Below are positions 1 to 9,220 of a DNA stretch of 64,000 nt, in pieces. The stretch spans positions 75,964-139,963 of the forward strand of contig CAZXLF010000007.1 in assembly GCA_964642015.1 (NCBI GenBank), in the 5' to 3' direction. The notes under the pieces are model-generated. The model was not told where the DNA came from. It saw only the letters and a list, made by a program, of their open reading frames with translations, and made no database searches. The DNA comes from an uncultured Planctomycetia bacterium (lineage in GTDB: Bacteria; Omnitrophota; Gorgyraeia; 2-02-FULL-51-18). The stretch's first letter is position 1; every line of letters begins with the position of its first letter. The position numbers and the translations under genes were made by a program.

Positions 1-1555
1 GATACACATTAAATCTTATAGTATCCGCATCTGGAGCGAGTCGGCTTCCGGTTTCAATAGAATATCTTTGCTCAAGTCTCAGACCATTTTGCAGGTCAAT
101 GTTTAGTCCTGCGATCACGCTTTGAGAAAGGTCCCGCCCTTCAAGTTTCGGCAGATAATCATAATCGAATTGATAACGAAGCGAAGGAACAAAATCCGCA
201 TTCAAGATCCGCTCACGGATACGCATTCCAAAATAACCTGTGTTAGTCAATATAGTATTCTCTTTAATATGATCGTCATCTTCGGATCGGATGCTCCATC
301 CAGTATTGAAGTTTACTTTTTCAACGCGAAACTCATTTTCGATACCGGTCTCATTGCTTAAAAAATCTGTCTGGCCTGACGGGTCATCGTCGGATGTACG
401 CCGGCGCGCTTCCCAATACAATCTCGAATAATAATCTTTCAGAAGCCAATCATCCGATTGCGGCTGCCAATTTACAGCCGCTCTCGGAGACATCGTGATG
501 GTCCGTTTGTTCAGCGTGCTTTTATCCAATTTATCGAAGAATACGCGGTAACCTGCTTCGGAATTCCATTCGCGGTTGAATTTATAATCAAAACGGCTTG
601 TCATGTTCACGCGGTCCGGGACCGCCGAACCGCTCAATGTACCAAAATCCGCACTTACCCATTCATATCCCAGTCTTGCTCTCGCTTTCTTTGAAAATCT
701 CGTATCACTGTTCAAACGAAGTGCCGTGCCTGTTTTCCGATCCACATTACTTCCAATCGACGTATCCGGATCCAACCAGCTCTTAGCCAGTTCAGCGTCA
801 AGGTCCGTATTGCCCCATAGTGCTACTCGGCTATTCACACTGCCTACACGATTAGACGCATCCGCAACGCCACCGGTAGTGTCTATAGTGCTATGATCGT
901 CTTCTGAACCGGAGAAATTGACGCCCAAAACCCAATCTTTGAATACGCCCGACTCTTTTATGAGTTTTGCTTCCGAGCGTCCTCCGTAAACGTACCGAAG
1001 AAAACTTTTTCCGTCATCGTCCCTTTGAGAATAACCGCCCAGACCTTTTAATTCCAAAGTATCTGTTTTATAGACCGCCTGAGCACCGGTCACGGCTTGC
1101 TGCATCGTATATTGCGTCATATCCCCAAAGAAATCTCCGCCCGTAAAATGGACCGTCGTGTTATAAAGCTCAGCGGTCCATCCCAAGAGACGCACGTCTT
1201 TGTGTTTATCGATCTGAGGATCAGGGGTTTGACGCGCATGCAGATCCGCCGTAAAATTCCAGTTGTCGGGAAGAGGGTCTTCAAATCTGAGCCTTAATTC
1301 ATTACTTAAAAAAGCGCCTGGACGAAGCAAAGATTTATCACCGCTTCCGCCTACCCAATGTCTCGCGCCTAAAATAGAATATTCCCCATGAACCACTGGA
1401 ACATATTGAGGAGACGTGGGCGAAGTATCCGTTGACTGCACAGCTGCATTATTCAATTCAGCGGCATGAGCTGAACCAAATGCGCTCTGAATTACAAAAA
1501 GTAAAATATAAATGACGTATTTTTTTAATGGTCCCAATCGATATTCTTCTTGCAT
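1..1555 (-). CDS. Large exported protein, probably an outer-membrane beta-barrel; runs off the left edge
   Basis: Not in ORF track. N-terminal part translated by hand: ATG at 1555, MQEEYRLGPLKKYVIYILLFVIQSAFGSAHAAE (signal peptide ending AHA), then alternating beta-strand-like segments; continuation to the edge assumed. Confidence 0.65.
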   Translation of the reverse strand, partial: MQEEYRLGPLKKYVIYILLFVIQSAFGSAHAAELNNAAVQSTDTSPTSPQYVPVVHGEYSILGARHWVGGSGDKSLLRPGAFLSNELRLRFEDPLPDNWNFTADLHARQTPDPQIDKHKDVRLLGWTAELYNTTVHFTGGDFFGDMTQYTMQQAVTGAQAVYKTDTLELKGLGGYSQRDDDGKSFLRYVYGGRSEAKLIKESGVFKDWVLGVNFSGSEDDHSTIDTTGGVADASNRVGSVNSRVALWGNTDLDAELAKSWLDPDTSIGSNVDRKTGTALRLNSDTRFSKKARARLGYEWVSADFGTLSGSAVPDRVNMTSRFDYKFNREWNSEAGYRVFFDKLDKSTLNKRTITMSPRAAVNWQPQSDDWLLKDYYSRLYWEARRRTSDDDPSGQTDFLSNETGIENEFRVEKVNFNTGWSIRSEDDDHIKENTILTNTGYFGMRIRERILNADFVPSLRYQFDYDYLPKLEGRDLSQSVIAGLNIDLQNGLRLEQRYSIETGSRLAPDADTIRFNVY

Positions 1556-1565
1556 TTGGAATTCA

Positions 1566-3176
1566 TTAAGCGCTGACATAACTTTCTACATCACGCGCAG
1601 TAGTGCGGTCGATCACCGCAAATCGATGTTCCGGATCTAAAACATAGGTAAAGGTACCTGTCAGACCGATCGTTCCGAAAGTGATCGTATCTCTCGTGCG
1701 GATCGTCGTCGTTTGGCCTGCATGCAGATCCCCCGTACCGTGAAGCACAGTTCCGGTACGGCTATCTGTGACTTCCATATTTACTCCCATGAGATCAGCA
1801 ACAGGTGCGTTATCCGCGAGGCGTACGTCGATCTGTAATTTAAGAACGTTGATCGGGGGAGAAGAGGCCGGAAAAGTTGTATTTGTGCCTGTATTGAAAA
1901 CCTGCGCATTCGACATTTGAAAATTCACCGGTGTAGATTCGCCGGAAGATGAAGTAGCCGGCTGACCCACAAGGCTCAATGCCGCCTGTTTGGACGCACG
2001 GGTACCGGTATCTTCGATCGTTTCCAGCGCACGAGCGATCGAAGAAGATGCTCCCGATAACGAAGCAATATCCGGAGAACGCGCACCAAATAGCGGATTA
2101 GCGCCACGTTGCGCTTTGAGTTTCAACCTTCCATTCTCATTGACAAAAATGAAGTCAAGATCCGAACCTTTCACATTGAGCTGTTGAGTCAGAGCCGTAG
2201 GAAATAACTGTATATCCCAATCGGCACGCACACGGGACTCCTGCTTTTCATTCTGGATCCGCTTGATGAATAAATTCAATTTAATGCCGTCATAATCCCT
2301 GAAATCGCGTCTTAAAAATTCTTCCATTTCGCCTCTATAAGGATAATCATCCGAGACGCGGGACATGAACGCAGGAAGGTCTTTTGATTCATAAGCTTTA
2401 GCCATTTCTTGAAGCACTTTTTCAGGATCTTCCTGAATCTTCTGAGATGAGGCTTTTATAAAATCTTCCACTTCATCAACATCCTGGACCCTGCCAACTC
2501 GTCCTGTTTTCTCGGCGTTTTTCACGGCGTCGTCAACAGCCGATCCTAATTCATCGCCTTTTTTTATTTCTGCATCGGTCATTTTCTGAGGCGGCTTTGG
2601 CGGTTCTCCTGATTTTTCTACTTGCGTTCGTTCTGACCGATGAAGGGTCGTTGAAATGGATGAGACGTGTCCCTCGCGATCAATGCCAAAAACGTGAACC
2701 TCGGAATCGGAAAAATTAAAAACTTCGGCAGGACTCCCTTCTTTATAGGTCGTGCGGTATTCGGTGCCGCGTACTGTAGCGATCGCTGTAGGTGTATCTA
2801 CTTCAAAACTTGATCCCTTTGGCAACGCTTTTAATTTAGCAAAAACACCGCCGCCGGACATTTCAAGTTTCGTAGGATAGATCGAACGAAGCGTGACTCT
2901 TGAATCTGCTTCTATGCGTGATATATTTTTCCAATTTTTATCATAAGCAATATCCGCGTAGCTGTCCTTACCTACCTCCACGGTTTCATTAGGATTTAAA
3001 ATATCCCCTTCTTTGACAGTACGTTTGGCTCCTTTCTCATCAATAACAGAAACATTGCCGGTGACATCCAATATTTCGCATTGATAAGATTCTGCATACG
3101 CTTTTAAAAAAAATACAAACGGCAAAAAAGACAAAACGACAAAAGAAAGAAAAAATTTTCGGGATAGCAATTTCAT
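1566..3176 (-). CDS. Secreted FecR-domain protein with central NTF2/SnoaL-like and C-terminal beta-rich domains
   Basis: Signal peptide; FEVDTPTAIATVRGTEY FecR motif; MAKAYESKDLPAFMSRVSDDY SnoaL-like helix. Confidence 0.75.
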   Translation of the reverse strand: MKLLSRKFFLSFVVLSFLPFVFFLKAYAESYQCEILDVTGNVSVIDEKGAKRTVKEGDILNPNETVEVGKDSYADIAYDKNWKNISRIEADSRVTLRSIYPTKLEMSGGGVFAKLKALPKGSSFEVDTPTAIATVRGTEYRTTYKEGSPAEVFNFSDSEVHVFGIDREGHVSSISTTLHRSERTQVEKSGEPPKPPQKMTDAEIKKGDELGSAVDDAVKNAEKTGRVGRVQDVDEVEDFIKASSQKIQEDPEKVLQEMAKAYESKDLPAFMSRVSDDYPYRGEMEEFLRRDFRDYDGIKLNLFIKRIQNEKQESRVRADWDIQLFPTALTQQLNVKGSDLDFIFVNENGRLKLKAQRGANPLFGARSPDIASLSGASSSIARALETIEDTGTRASKQAALSLVGQPATSSSGESTPVNFQMSNAQVFNTGTNTTFPASSPPINVLKLQIDVRLADNAPVADLMGVNMEVTDSRTGTVLHGTGDLHAGQTTTIRTRDTITFGTIGLTGTFTYVLDPEHRFAVIDRTTARDVESYVSA

Positions 3177-3360
3177 TTCCTTTATATATTGGAATTGTAC
3201 TGCGTAAAAAATCGATACAAACTCAATTTAAGATTAGAACACATAAAATAGTATAAATCAAGTAGAATTTGTTAAGAATATTATAAAGTATTATAAATTG
3301 AAAATTTTGGAATTAAGATAGAGAATGAAGCAAATTACAAATTACCGGGGACGATCGGTG

Positions 3361-3702
3361 TCAACCAATGGCTACTTTAGAGGTTTCGCCTGTCCGAATT
3401 CGGATGCATTCTTGAAGATCAAGGATAAATATTTTGCCATCGCCGATATTACCGGTCCTGGCGCCTTGAGTGATCGCTTCTATAGTCGGTTTCACGAATT
3501 CTTCATTCACTGCGACCTCAAGCTTTATTTTTTTCAAAAGACTCCCCGCCTCTTTTTGACTGCGATAAACCTGTGAGATGCCTTTTTGCCGGCCGCGGCC
3601 CATGACGTTTGAAACAGTGACAAGATGTATCTCTTCTTTCTCAAGACGATCCAATACTTCATCAAGACGGTCAGGCTGGATGATGGCGACTATATATTTC
3701 AT
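3361..3702 (-). CDS. glnK: P-II nitrogen regulatory protein
   Basis: GRGRQKG T-loop, TGNIGDGKIF, RIRTGE; follows amtB. Confidence 0.95.
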   Translation of the reverse strand: MKYIVAIIQPDRLDEVLDRLEKEEIHLVTVSNVMGRGRQKGISQVYRSQKEAGSLLKKIKLEVAVNEEFVKPTIEAITQGARTGNIGDGKIFILDLQECIRIRTGETSKVAIG

Positions 3703-3711
3703 ATTTTCTCC

Positions 3712-4953
3712 TTAATCAAGGACCGTATAACCGGCTTCGCGATGCTGAGTAAGATCCAGACCAATTCGCTCATCCCGTTCTGAAACTTTCAAATTACATA
3801 CTGCGTGCACCAGTTTTAGTAATATGAAAGATACGATAAATGAATAACCTATTGTGATCAAAACCGCTATGGATTGAATTAAAAATTGTTTGGGATTTCC
3901 GTAAAAAAGGCCATTGGCTCCGGCTGGATTGACATTTTTATTCGCCCATAAACCTGTCGCCAAAGCACCCCAGATTCCGCCAATACCATGCACGCCGAAA
4001 GCATCTAATGTGTCGTCGTAACCGAATTTGACTTTTATAACTGCCACGAAAATATAGCAGATCAATGAAACTCCGATTCCTATCCATATCGCATCCATCG
4101 GCGTGACATAGCCGGCCGCCGGCGTGATCGCAACAAGCCCGGCCACAACACCCGTGATCATGCCAAGCATCGTGGCGTGTGAATTGAGTTTCCAATCCAA
4201 AACAGACCAAGTGATCCCTGCCGCGGCCGCAGCAGTATGAGTATTCACGAACGCTCTGACAGCTAAGCCATTGGCGGCGAGCGCGCTTCCGGCGTTAAAT
4301 CCAAACCATCCGAACCACAAAAGTCCCGCTCCTAAAACTGCGAATGGAAGATTATGAGGCGGTGATATCTTCTCCGGATAACCCTGACGTCTTCCGAGCA
4401 CCAGTGCCGAAGCCAAAGCGGCCATTCCGGCATTGATGTGCACCACAGTTCCTCCTGCAAAATCCAAAGCACCTTGTCCGTGCAAAAATCCCTTCACATT
4501 CCAAACCCAATGACAGACAGGATCATAAACTAATGTTGCCCATAGCACGGAAAAAAGACAAAACGCACTGAATTTCATTCTCTCTGCATAAGCGCCCAAT
4601 ATAAGTGCAGGAGTGATTACAGCAAACATTGCTTGAAACGCCATGAACGCCAGATGAGGGATCGTGGCCGCATAATCAGGATTAGGTTCTATCCCTACAC
4701 CTCTTAAACCGGCCCAAGAAAGATCGCCGATAAACCCTTTGATGTCAGGTCCAAATGAAAGACTATAACCAAAAAGGATCCATTGAATACTTACCACACA
4801 CAGGATCATAAAGCACTGCATCAATATCGATAGAATATTTTTTCTTCGGACCAAACCTCCGTAAAAAAAAGCCAAGCCCGGCGTCATAAGCATGACAAGA
4901 GCTGCGCTTATCAATACCCAGGCTGTATCGCCTGCATTCACGATATTCGGCAT
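3712..4953 (-). CDS. amtB: Ammonium transporter
   Basis: DFAGGTVVHINAG, LWFGWFGFNAGS, DDTLDAFGVHG. Confidence 0.97.
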   Translation of the reverse strand: MPNIVNAGDTAWVLISAALVMLMTPGLAFFYGGLVRRKNILSILMQCFMILCVVSIQWILFGYSLSFGPDIKGFIGDLSWAGLRGVGIEPNPDYAATIPHLAFMAFQAMFAVITPALILGAYAERMKFSAFCLFSVLWATLVYDPVCHWVWNVKGFLHGQGALDFAGGTVVHINAGMAALASALVLGRRQGYPEKISPPHNLPFAVLGAGLLWFGWFGFNAGSALAANGLAVRAFVNTHTAAAAAGITWSVLDWKLNSHATMLGMITGVVAGLVAITPAAGYVTPMDAIWIGIGVSLICYIFVAVIKVKFGYDDTLDAFGVHGIGGIWGALATGLWANKNVNPAGANGLFYGNPKQFLIQSIAVLITIGYSFIVSFILLKLVHAVCNLKVSERDERIGLDLTQHREAGYTVLD

Positions 4954-4996
4954 TTGATTTACCCTTTTGTTCTACTAAGAATTGGTACTTCCTTTA

Positions 4997-5014
4997 TGTT
5001 ACAAATATGTTACA
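4997..5014 (-). promoter_or_regulatory. TGTTACA direct repeat (11-bp period) upstream of amtB, candidate regulator site
   Basis: tgttaca-aata-tgttaca, i.e. GTAAC-N6-GTAAC on the coding strand. Confidence 0.5.
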
Positions 5015-5054
5015 TAAATATAGATTGGATAGTCTCTATATGTCCATCTATTTT

Positions 5055-6155
5055 TTACGATTTTACGGAATGGATTAAAAAATGACTATCTGAGGATTTT
5101 TTCGACTGAAAATTATATTTTAATGACGCGCCGAAGGCGGAAAATCCGGCGCCGAAAGAAAAAAGGATCAATGAATCGCTATCTTTTAACTGATCTTGAT
5201 CCGTGATCTCTTTTAAAACATACAAAACGCTGGGTGAGGACATATTACCGAAATTCCTTAAAATTTTCCTTGAAGCCGCCATATCCGCATCACGCAATGA
5301 AAGAACGGATTGGATCTTATCAAGGATTTTTCTTCCGCCGGGGTGAAATGCGTAGTGATCAAAAGGTTTGTTTTGTCTCCCGGCCAATTTTCCATAAAGT
5401 TCGCTGACCGCTTTTGAAGCAATCTCAGGGACCTTTGCGCCGATCACGTTGCGAAGCCGACCGTTTTCATACCGAAAACGAAGATCATCCCTATATTCGG
5501 GCCAAAGTATGGATTCAAAAGCCTCAAGTCGAAAGCCTTCCTCTTCGGGAAGATTCCCTAAAATACAAGCGGCCGCACCGTCCGAGAAAATACAATTTGA
5601 AAGAACAAGATCTACATCATCGCCCCAGGTGATCGCCGCAGAACACACTTCAACACACAACACTAAAACATGATGACCTGGATGTGTTTTTAAATAATTA
5701 TCCGCGGCTTTCAGGGCCGGGATCGAAGCAGCACATCCGATACCTACAAGATCAAGCGCATAAATATTTTTTCTTAATCCAACGGCTTCTGAAATATAGG
5801 AAGTTAATCCCGGACAAAGGTATCCAGTGCACGTCGTGACGATCAAACCATCTATCGAACTTGCCGGAAAATTCGCTTTTCCGAGACATTTTTTAACTGC
5901 AGACGTGCCCATTTCAGTGGCAACTTTTTCGAAACGTTTCGAAGATTCGTCCGCGCTTTCAAGATCCACGATGCCCAACCCATCCATCCCAAAATGGCGG
6001 GATTCAATACCCGGATCCAAAAGAAAACGCCGATAAAATGAAAGGATCTTCTCAGAAATGTCTGATTTTCCCGAAACATGATCCAAAGCTTTTTCTTGCA
6101 AACATTGAAACGACGGATTCGCCGTTTCTATCGTAAGGATCTTGGAATGATTCAT
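5055..6155 (-). CDS. Type III polyketide synthase (chalcone-synthase-like)
   Basis: Catalytic triad GIGCAA / AFHPGG / GNMSS and FSFGAG; start moved to MNHSK. Confidence 0.92.
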   Translation of the reverse strand: MNHSKILTIETANPSFQCLQEKALDHVSGKSDISEKILSFYRRFLLDPGIESRHFGMDGLGIVDLESADESSKRFEKVATEMGTSAVKKCLGKANFPASSIDGLIVTTCTGYLCPGLTSYISEAVGLRKNIYALDLVGIGCAASIPALKAADNYLKTHPGHHVLVLCVEVCSAAITWGDDVDLVLSNCIFSDGAAACILGNLPEEEGFRLEAFESILWPEYRDDLRFRYENGRLRNVIGAKVPEIASKAVSELYGKLAGRQNKPFDHYAFHPGGRKILDKIQSVLSLRDADMAASRKILRNFGNMSSPSVLYVLKEITDQDQLKDSDSLILFSFGAGFSAFGASLKYNFQSKKSSDSHFLIHSVKS

Positions 6156-6162
6156 TGAAAAT

Positions 6163-6747
6163 TTATCCTTCTTCGTGTTTGAGACTTTTAACAGTGACAC
6201 GGTCAATATACGAAAAATCTTCCGTATCCACTTTCACCGTCTCACCGACGTTAACGAATTGCGGTGCTAAGATTTTCAGGCCGTTCTCAAGCTCGACTTC
6301 TTTATATGTGGAATTATCCCGCCCTTTTTGTCCCGGAGGGGCGCTTGTCACTTTGAGTTCTACGGTTTTTGGAAAATCAATCGTCAACGCGCGCCCGTCG
6401 GAGAAGATCGCGTTCATTTCGGTATTCTCCTTCAAGAACACCTCTTGTTTTCCGATCACCGAAGCCGGAAGTGTGACTTCTTCGTAATTTTCATTGTTCA
6501 TGAACGCAAATACATCACCGCTTTTATAGAGGTACTGAAGTTTCACATGCTGGATATCAACGTCTTCGGCTTTTTCTTCGGCGCGAAAAGCTTTTTCTAT
6601 CAAATGGCCATCGGAAAGACTTTTTAGTTTTAGGTGGACAGTCTTTCCGAATTTACCGGTGCCTTTCATTTCTTGCAAGATGACTTTACAAATGGCACCG
6701 TCTACTTTGAGTATATTCCCCAGTCGAATTTCAGTCGCATCAATCAT
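6163..6747 (-). CDS. efp: Elongation factor P family protein with atypical tip loop
   Basis: LQYLY, FMNNENYE, LENG...PQFVNVGE.VKVDT...YIDR; loop reads GTGKFG rather than PGKG. Confidence 0.88.
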   Translation of the reverse strand: MIDATEIRLGNILKVDGAICKVILQEMKGTGKFGKTVHLKLKSLSDGHLIEKAFRAEEKAEDVDIQHVKLQYLYKSGDVFAFMNNENYEEVTLPASVIGKQEVFLKENTEMNAIFSDGRALTIDFPKTVELKVTSAPPGQKGRDNSTYKEVELENGLKILAPQFVNVGETVKVDTEDFSYIDRVTVKSLKHEEG

Positions 6748-6809
6748 ATGAGCTCCTTGAAATCAGGAATGGTTTTTAAAGGATTATAGCACAGACCCTG
6801 TCCGGTATT

Positions 6810-7538
6810 TCAAAAGGAAATAGTCACATGCGTGCCGACGATCTGATCGGAAGACCAGTCGTTTGCGCGTTTCAGAGCTTGCAGCATGTAAAAAATCTTG
6901 AGACTCACGTTACCGCTTATCTTGAAATCAACGCCGACCGGAATAAAACGGTTCTCAGTGATCTTTTCAGCTCTAAAGTCATAAAAATATTCATCATTTA
7001 GATAAAACCCTTTGAACAAAGCGGTATTCTTAAGCGGGAAATATAATTCAAGGAGCTGGCGAAAGCGGGTATTGTCCGAACCTTGATCCTCGATCCAGCG
7101 GAATTCCACGCGGTTGCGATTCTTGATATCCAGCCAATCGGTCAAACTCCAATGCGGATTCATTTCAAGTTCAAGACGATGCTGGTATTTGAATTGATCT
7201 TCCGTGGTGCTGCTTGAAACTTTGTTCTCAAGGTATGTGTAGTTCAGTCCAAGATCCAAATATTCTAGCCAATGGTAAGCCATCTGTTCGCTGATCAAGT
7301 AAAAACGCGCTTCACCAGCGTCCTCCATCATTCTCCCTTCTCCGTAAGTCGCCAGACTGAATTTATCATTATCCAAAGTCTTCAATGTCGCTCTGGACCA
7401 ATATTGGAAATCATCCGAAGCAAACACGCTAGTATTATTTGAACAAAAAAATAACATGATCCAAAGGATTGGTATGAAAAAAATATGTATTTTTTTAGAC
7501 ACTAAGAACCCGCGCGATGAAAAAATTATAACCCGCAA
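6810..7538 (-). CDS. DUF2490-like outer-membrane beta-barrel
   Basis: Signal peptide, RNRVEFRW, RFRQ, ENRF, terminal Phe; start uncertain. Confidence 0.75.
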   Translation of the reverse strand: MRVIIFSSRGFLVSKKIHIFFIPILWIMLFFCSNNTSVFASDDFQYWSRATLKTLDNDKFSLATYGEGRMMEDAGEARFYLISEQMAYHWLEYLDLGLNYTYLENKVSSSTTEDQFKYQHRLELEMNPHWSLTDWLDIKNRNRVEFRWIEDQGSDNTRFRQLLELYFPLKNTALFKGFYLNDEYFYDFRAEKITENRFIPVGVDFKISGNVSLKIFYMLQALKRANDWSSDQIVGTHVTISF

Positions 7539-8868
7539 GGATGAAAAAGACTGCGATCAAAACAATCAAAATCCCTGACTTCAGCATGTCTTTCACAGAA
7601 ATGGCATTCGTTGAAAATGCCAACGCATTCGAAGGTGTCGAGATCGGCAGGATCATATCAAATGAACATGACAGCGCCACGATTACGGCGAGCAGAAGTT
7701 TATTCGCTCCGGGAATGCTCATCGCAAGCGGCACGATGAGGTTCGCAGTCGCTGTATTGCTAATGAAGAAAGACACAAGCACCGTAAGCAAACAAAAAGT
7801 TGCCACAAGAGCAAATCCCTGGGTATCAAAAAACGGCAGTCCCACGATCCATTTGCCAAGCTCACTGACTTCCATCGCTCTACCGAGCGCCAGACCTCCC
7901 CACATCAAGATCAGGATGTCCCAATGAATAGAGTTAATGTCCTCGCGTTTTAAGAAGCCGAGACCGGCAAAAAGTCCCACTGATAAAAGAGAAACGACCG
8001 ATTCGGGTATTTTGTGCCAAGTAGAGGTAAGCCATAGGACGATCGTCAAGACCGCAATAGCGATGGCACCTTTCGCGTGCGGTTTCAACGTTTCTTCAGA
8101 ACCAAATGAGATCAAAAGTTTTTTATGTTTTGCCGGAAACATGAAATAAAGAATCACGCTCGCGATCAAAAGCAGGACAAGCGCCAAAGGGATTGCCATC
8201 ATCATCCATGAAAGAAAACGGATCCTGATACCCTCTTCAGCCAAAATACCTATCGCGATCGCGTTCGGCGGAGTGCCGACAGGCGTACCTATGCCTCCTA
8301 TATTTGCCGCAAAAGGGATCGAGAGCACCAGCGCCTTTTTAAAAGCATCATCTTCTTCCAAGCGAGAGACCACCGGCATGATGATCGCAAGCATCAGAGC
8401 CGTTGATGCGGTATGCGACATCCACAAAGAAAGAAATCCGGTCGTTAAAATAAAACCAAGCAGAATAAAATAAGGTTTGTCTCCGAAAAATCTAAGAAGC
8501 CGGGTCACAAGAACCCTGTCAACTGCGTACTTCTGCATTATTTTCGCCAGCACAAAACCGCCGAGGAAAAGCATAATCACAGGATTCGAAAGAGGCAGTA
8601 AGAATATCTGATAACCATTCTCGTCCATCCCCAGAATGCCGCCGGGTTTTGACAATGAAAATATCAAAAGCAGAATCACAACGAACGAGGTCGCAAAAAG
8701 CGGAATGATCTCAAACGCCCAGAAAAAAGCCGCTAAAATGAAAACGGCTGCTGTCCTTCTGGCTGCTTCGGGACAGCTTTGAGGAAGCGCCAGATAAACC
8801 GCCAATGCAGCGAGACTCGCAAGCAAAGCGATCCATATTTTTTTATTTAGCTTTGGATATTGAGCCAA
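7495..8868 (-). CDS. SLC13/DASS sodium:sulfate or dicarboxylate symporter
   Basis: ANIGGIGTPVGTPPNAI, SNTAT, LPISTPSNA motifs. Confidence 0.92.
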   Translation of the reverse strand: MAQYPKLNKKIWIALLASLAALAVYLALPQSCPEAARRTAAVFILAAFFWAFEIIPLFATSFVVILLLIFSLSKPGGILGMDENGYQIFLLPLSNPVIMLFLGGFVLAKIMQKYAVDRVLVTRLLRFFGDKPYFILLGFILTTGFLSLWMSHTASTALMLAIIMPVVSRLEEDDAFKKALVLSIPFAANIGGIGTPVGTPPNAIAIGILAEEGIRIRFLSWMMMAIPLALVLLLIASVILYFMFPAKHKKLLISFGSEETLKPHAKGAIAIAVLTIVLWLTSTWHKIPESVVSLLSVGLFAGLGFLKREDINSIHWDILILMWGGLALGRAMEVSELGKWIVGLPFFDTQGFALVATFCLLTVLVSFFISNTATANLIVPLAMSIPGANKLLLAVIVALSCSFDMILPISTPSNALAFSTNAISVKDMLKSGILIVLIAVFFILAGYNFFIARVLSV

Positions 8869-8895
8869 TTTACGACGCCTGCTGATCTGTCGGCA

Positions 8896-9027
8896 TCATT
8901 TTTGGGAAACATTCTGCGCAGAATGCGCGGGTGCATGAACAAATTTATTATAAAAATAAGGGGCCGCAAAAATAAGAACGATCAGCACAACGATAAAGAT
9001 CACCGTCAAACTGCTTTTCCTGGCCAT
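8896..9027 (-). CDS. 43-aa single-pass membrane protein
   Basis: MARKSSLTVIFIVVLIVLIFAAPYFYNKF...; GGAG RBS; below ORF-track cutoff. Confidence 0.6.
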   Translation of the reverse strand: MARKSSLTVIFIVVLIVLIFAAPYFYNKFVHAPAHSAQNVSQK

Positions 9028-9220
9028 CTGTTCTCCTTAATTGTTTTTTCATTATATCTTAGAAAATAAAGATAATCTATCCATGCGATTAGGCCATGTT
9101 TTAACACAGCAAATATTCAAGTCCATTGAAGCGAACGACATCGCGAAATAAGTTTCGATTTATAATAAGATACTTTCTGCGCGAATGGATTGTGGAGTCG
9201 ATCGGGTCAAAATACCGCGT

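Noticed and set aside
122-1297. Short plus-strand ORFs here and similar antisense ORFs throughout the window
   Set aside because: Shadows of longer real genes on the opposite strand or frame, with no motifs.
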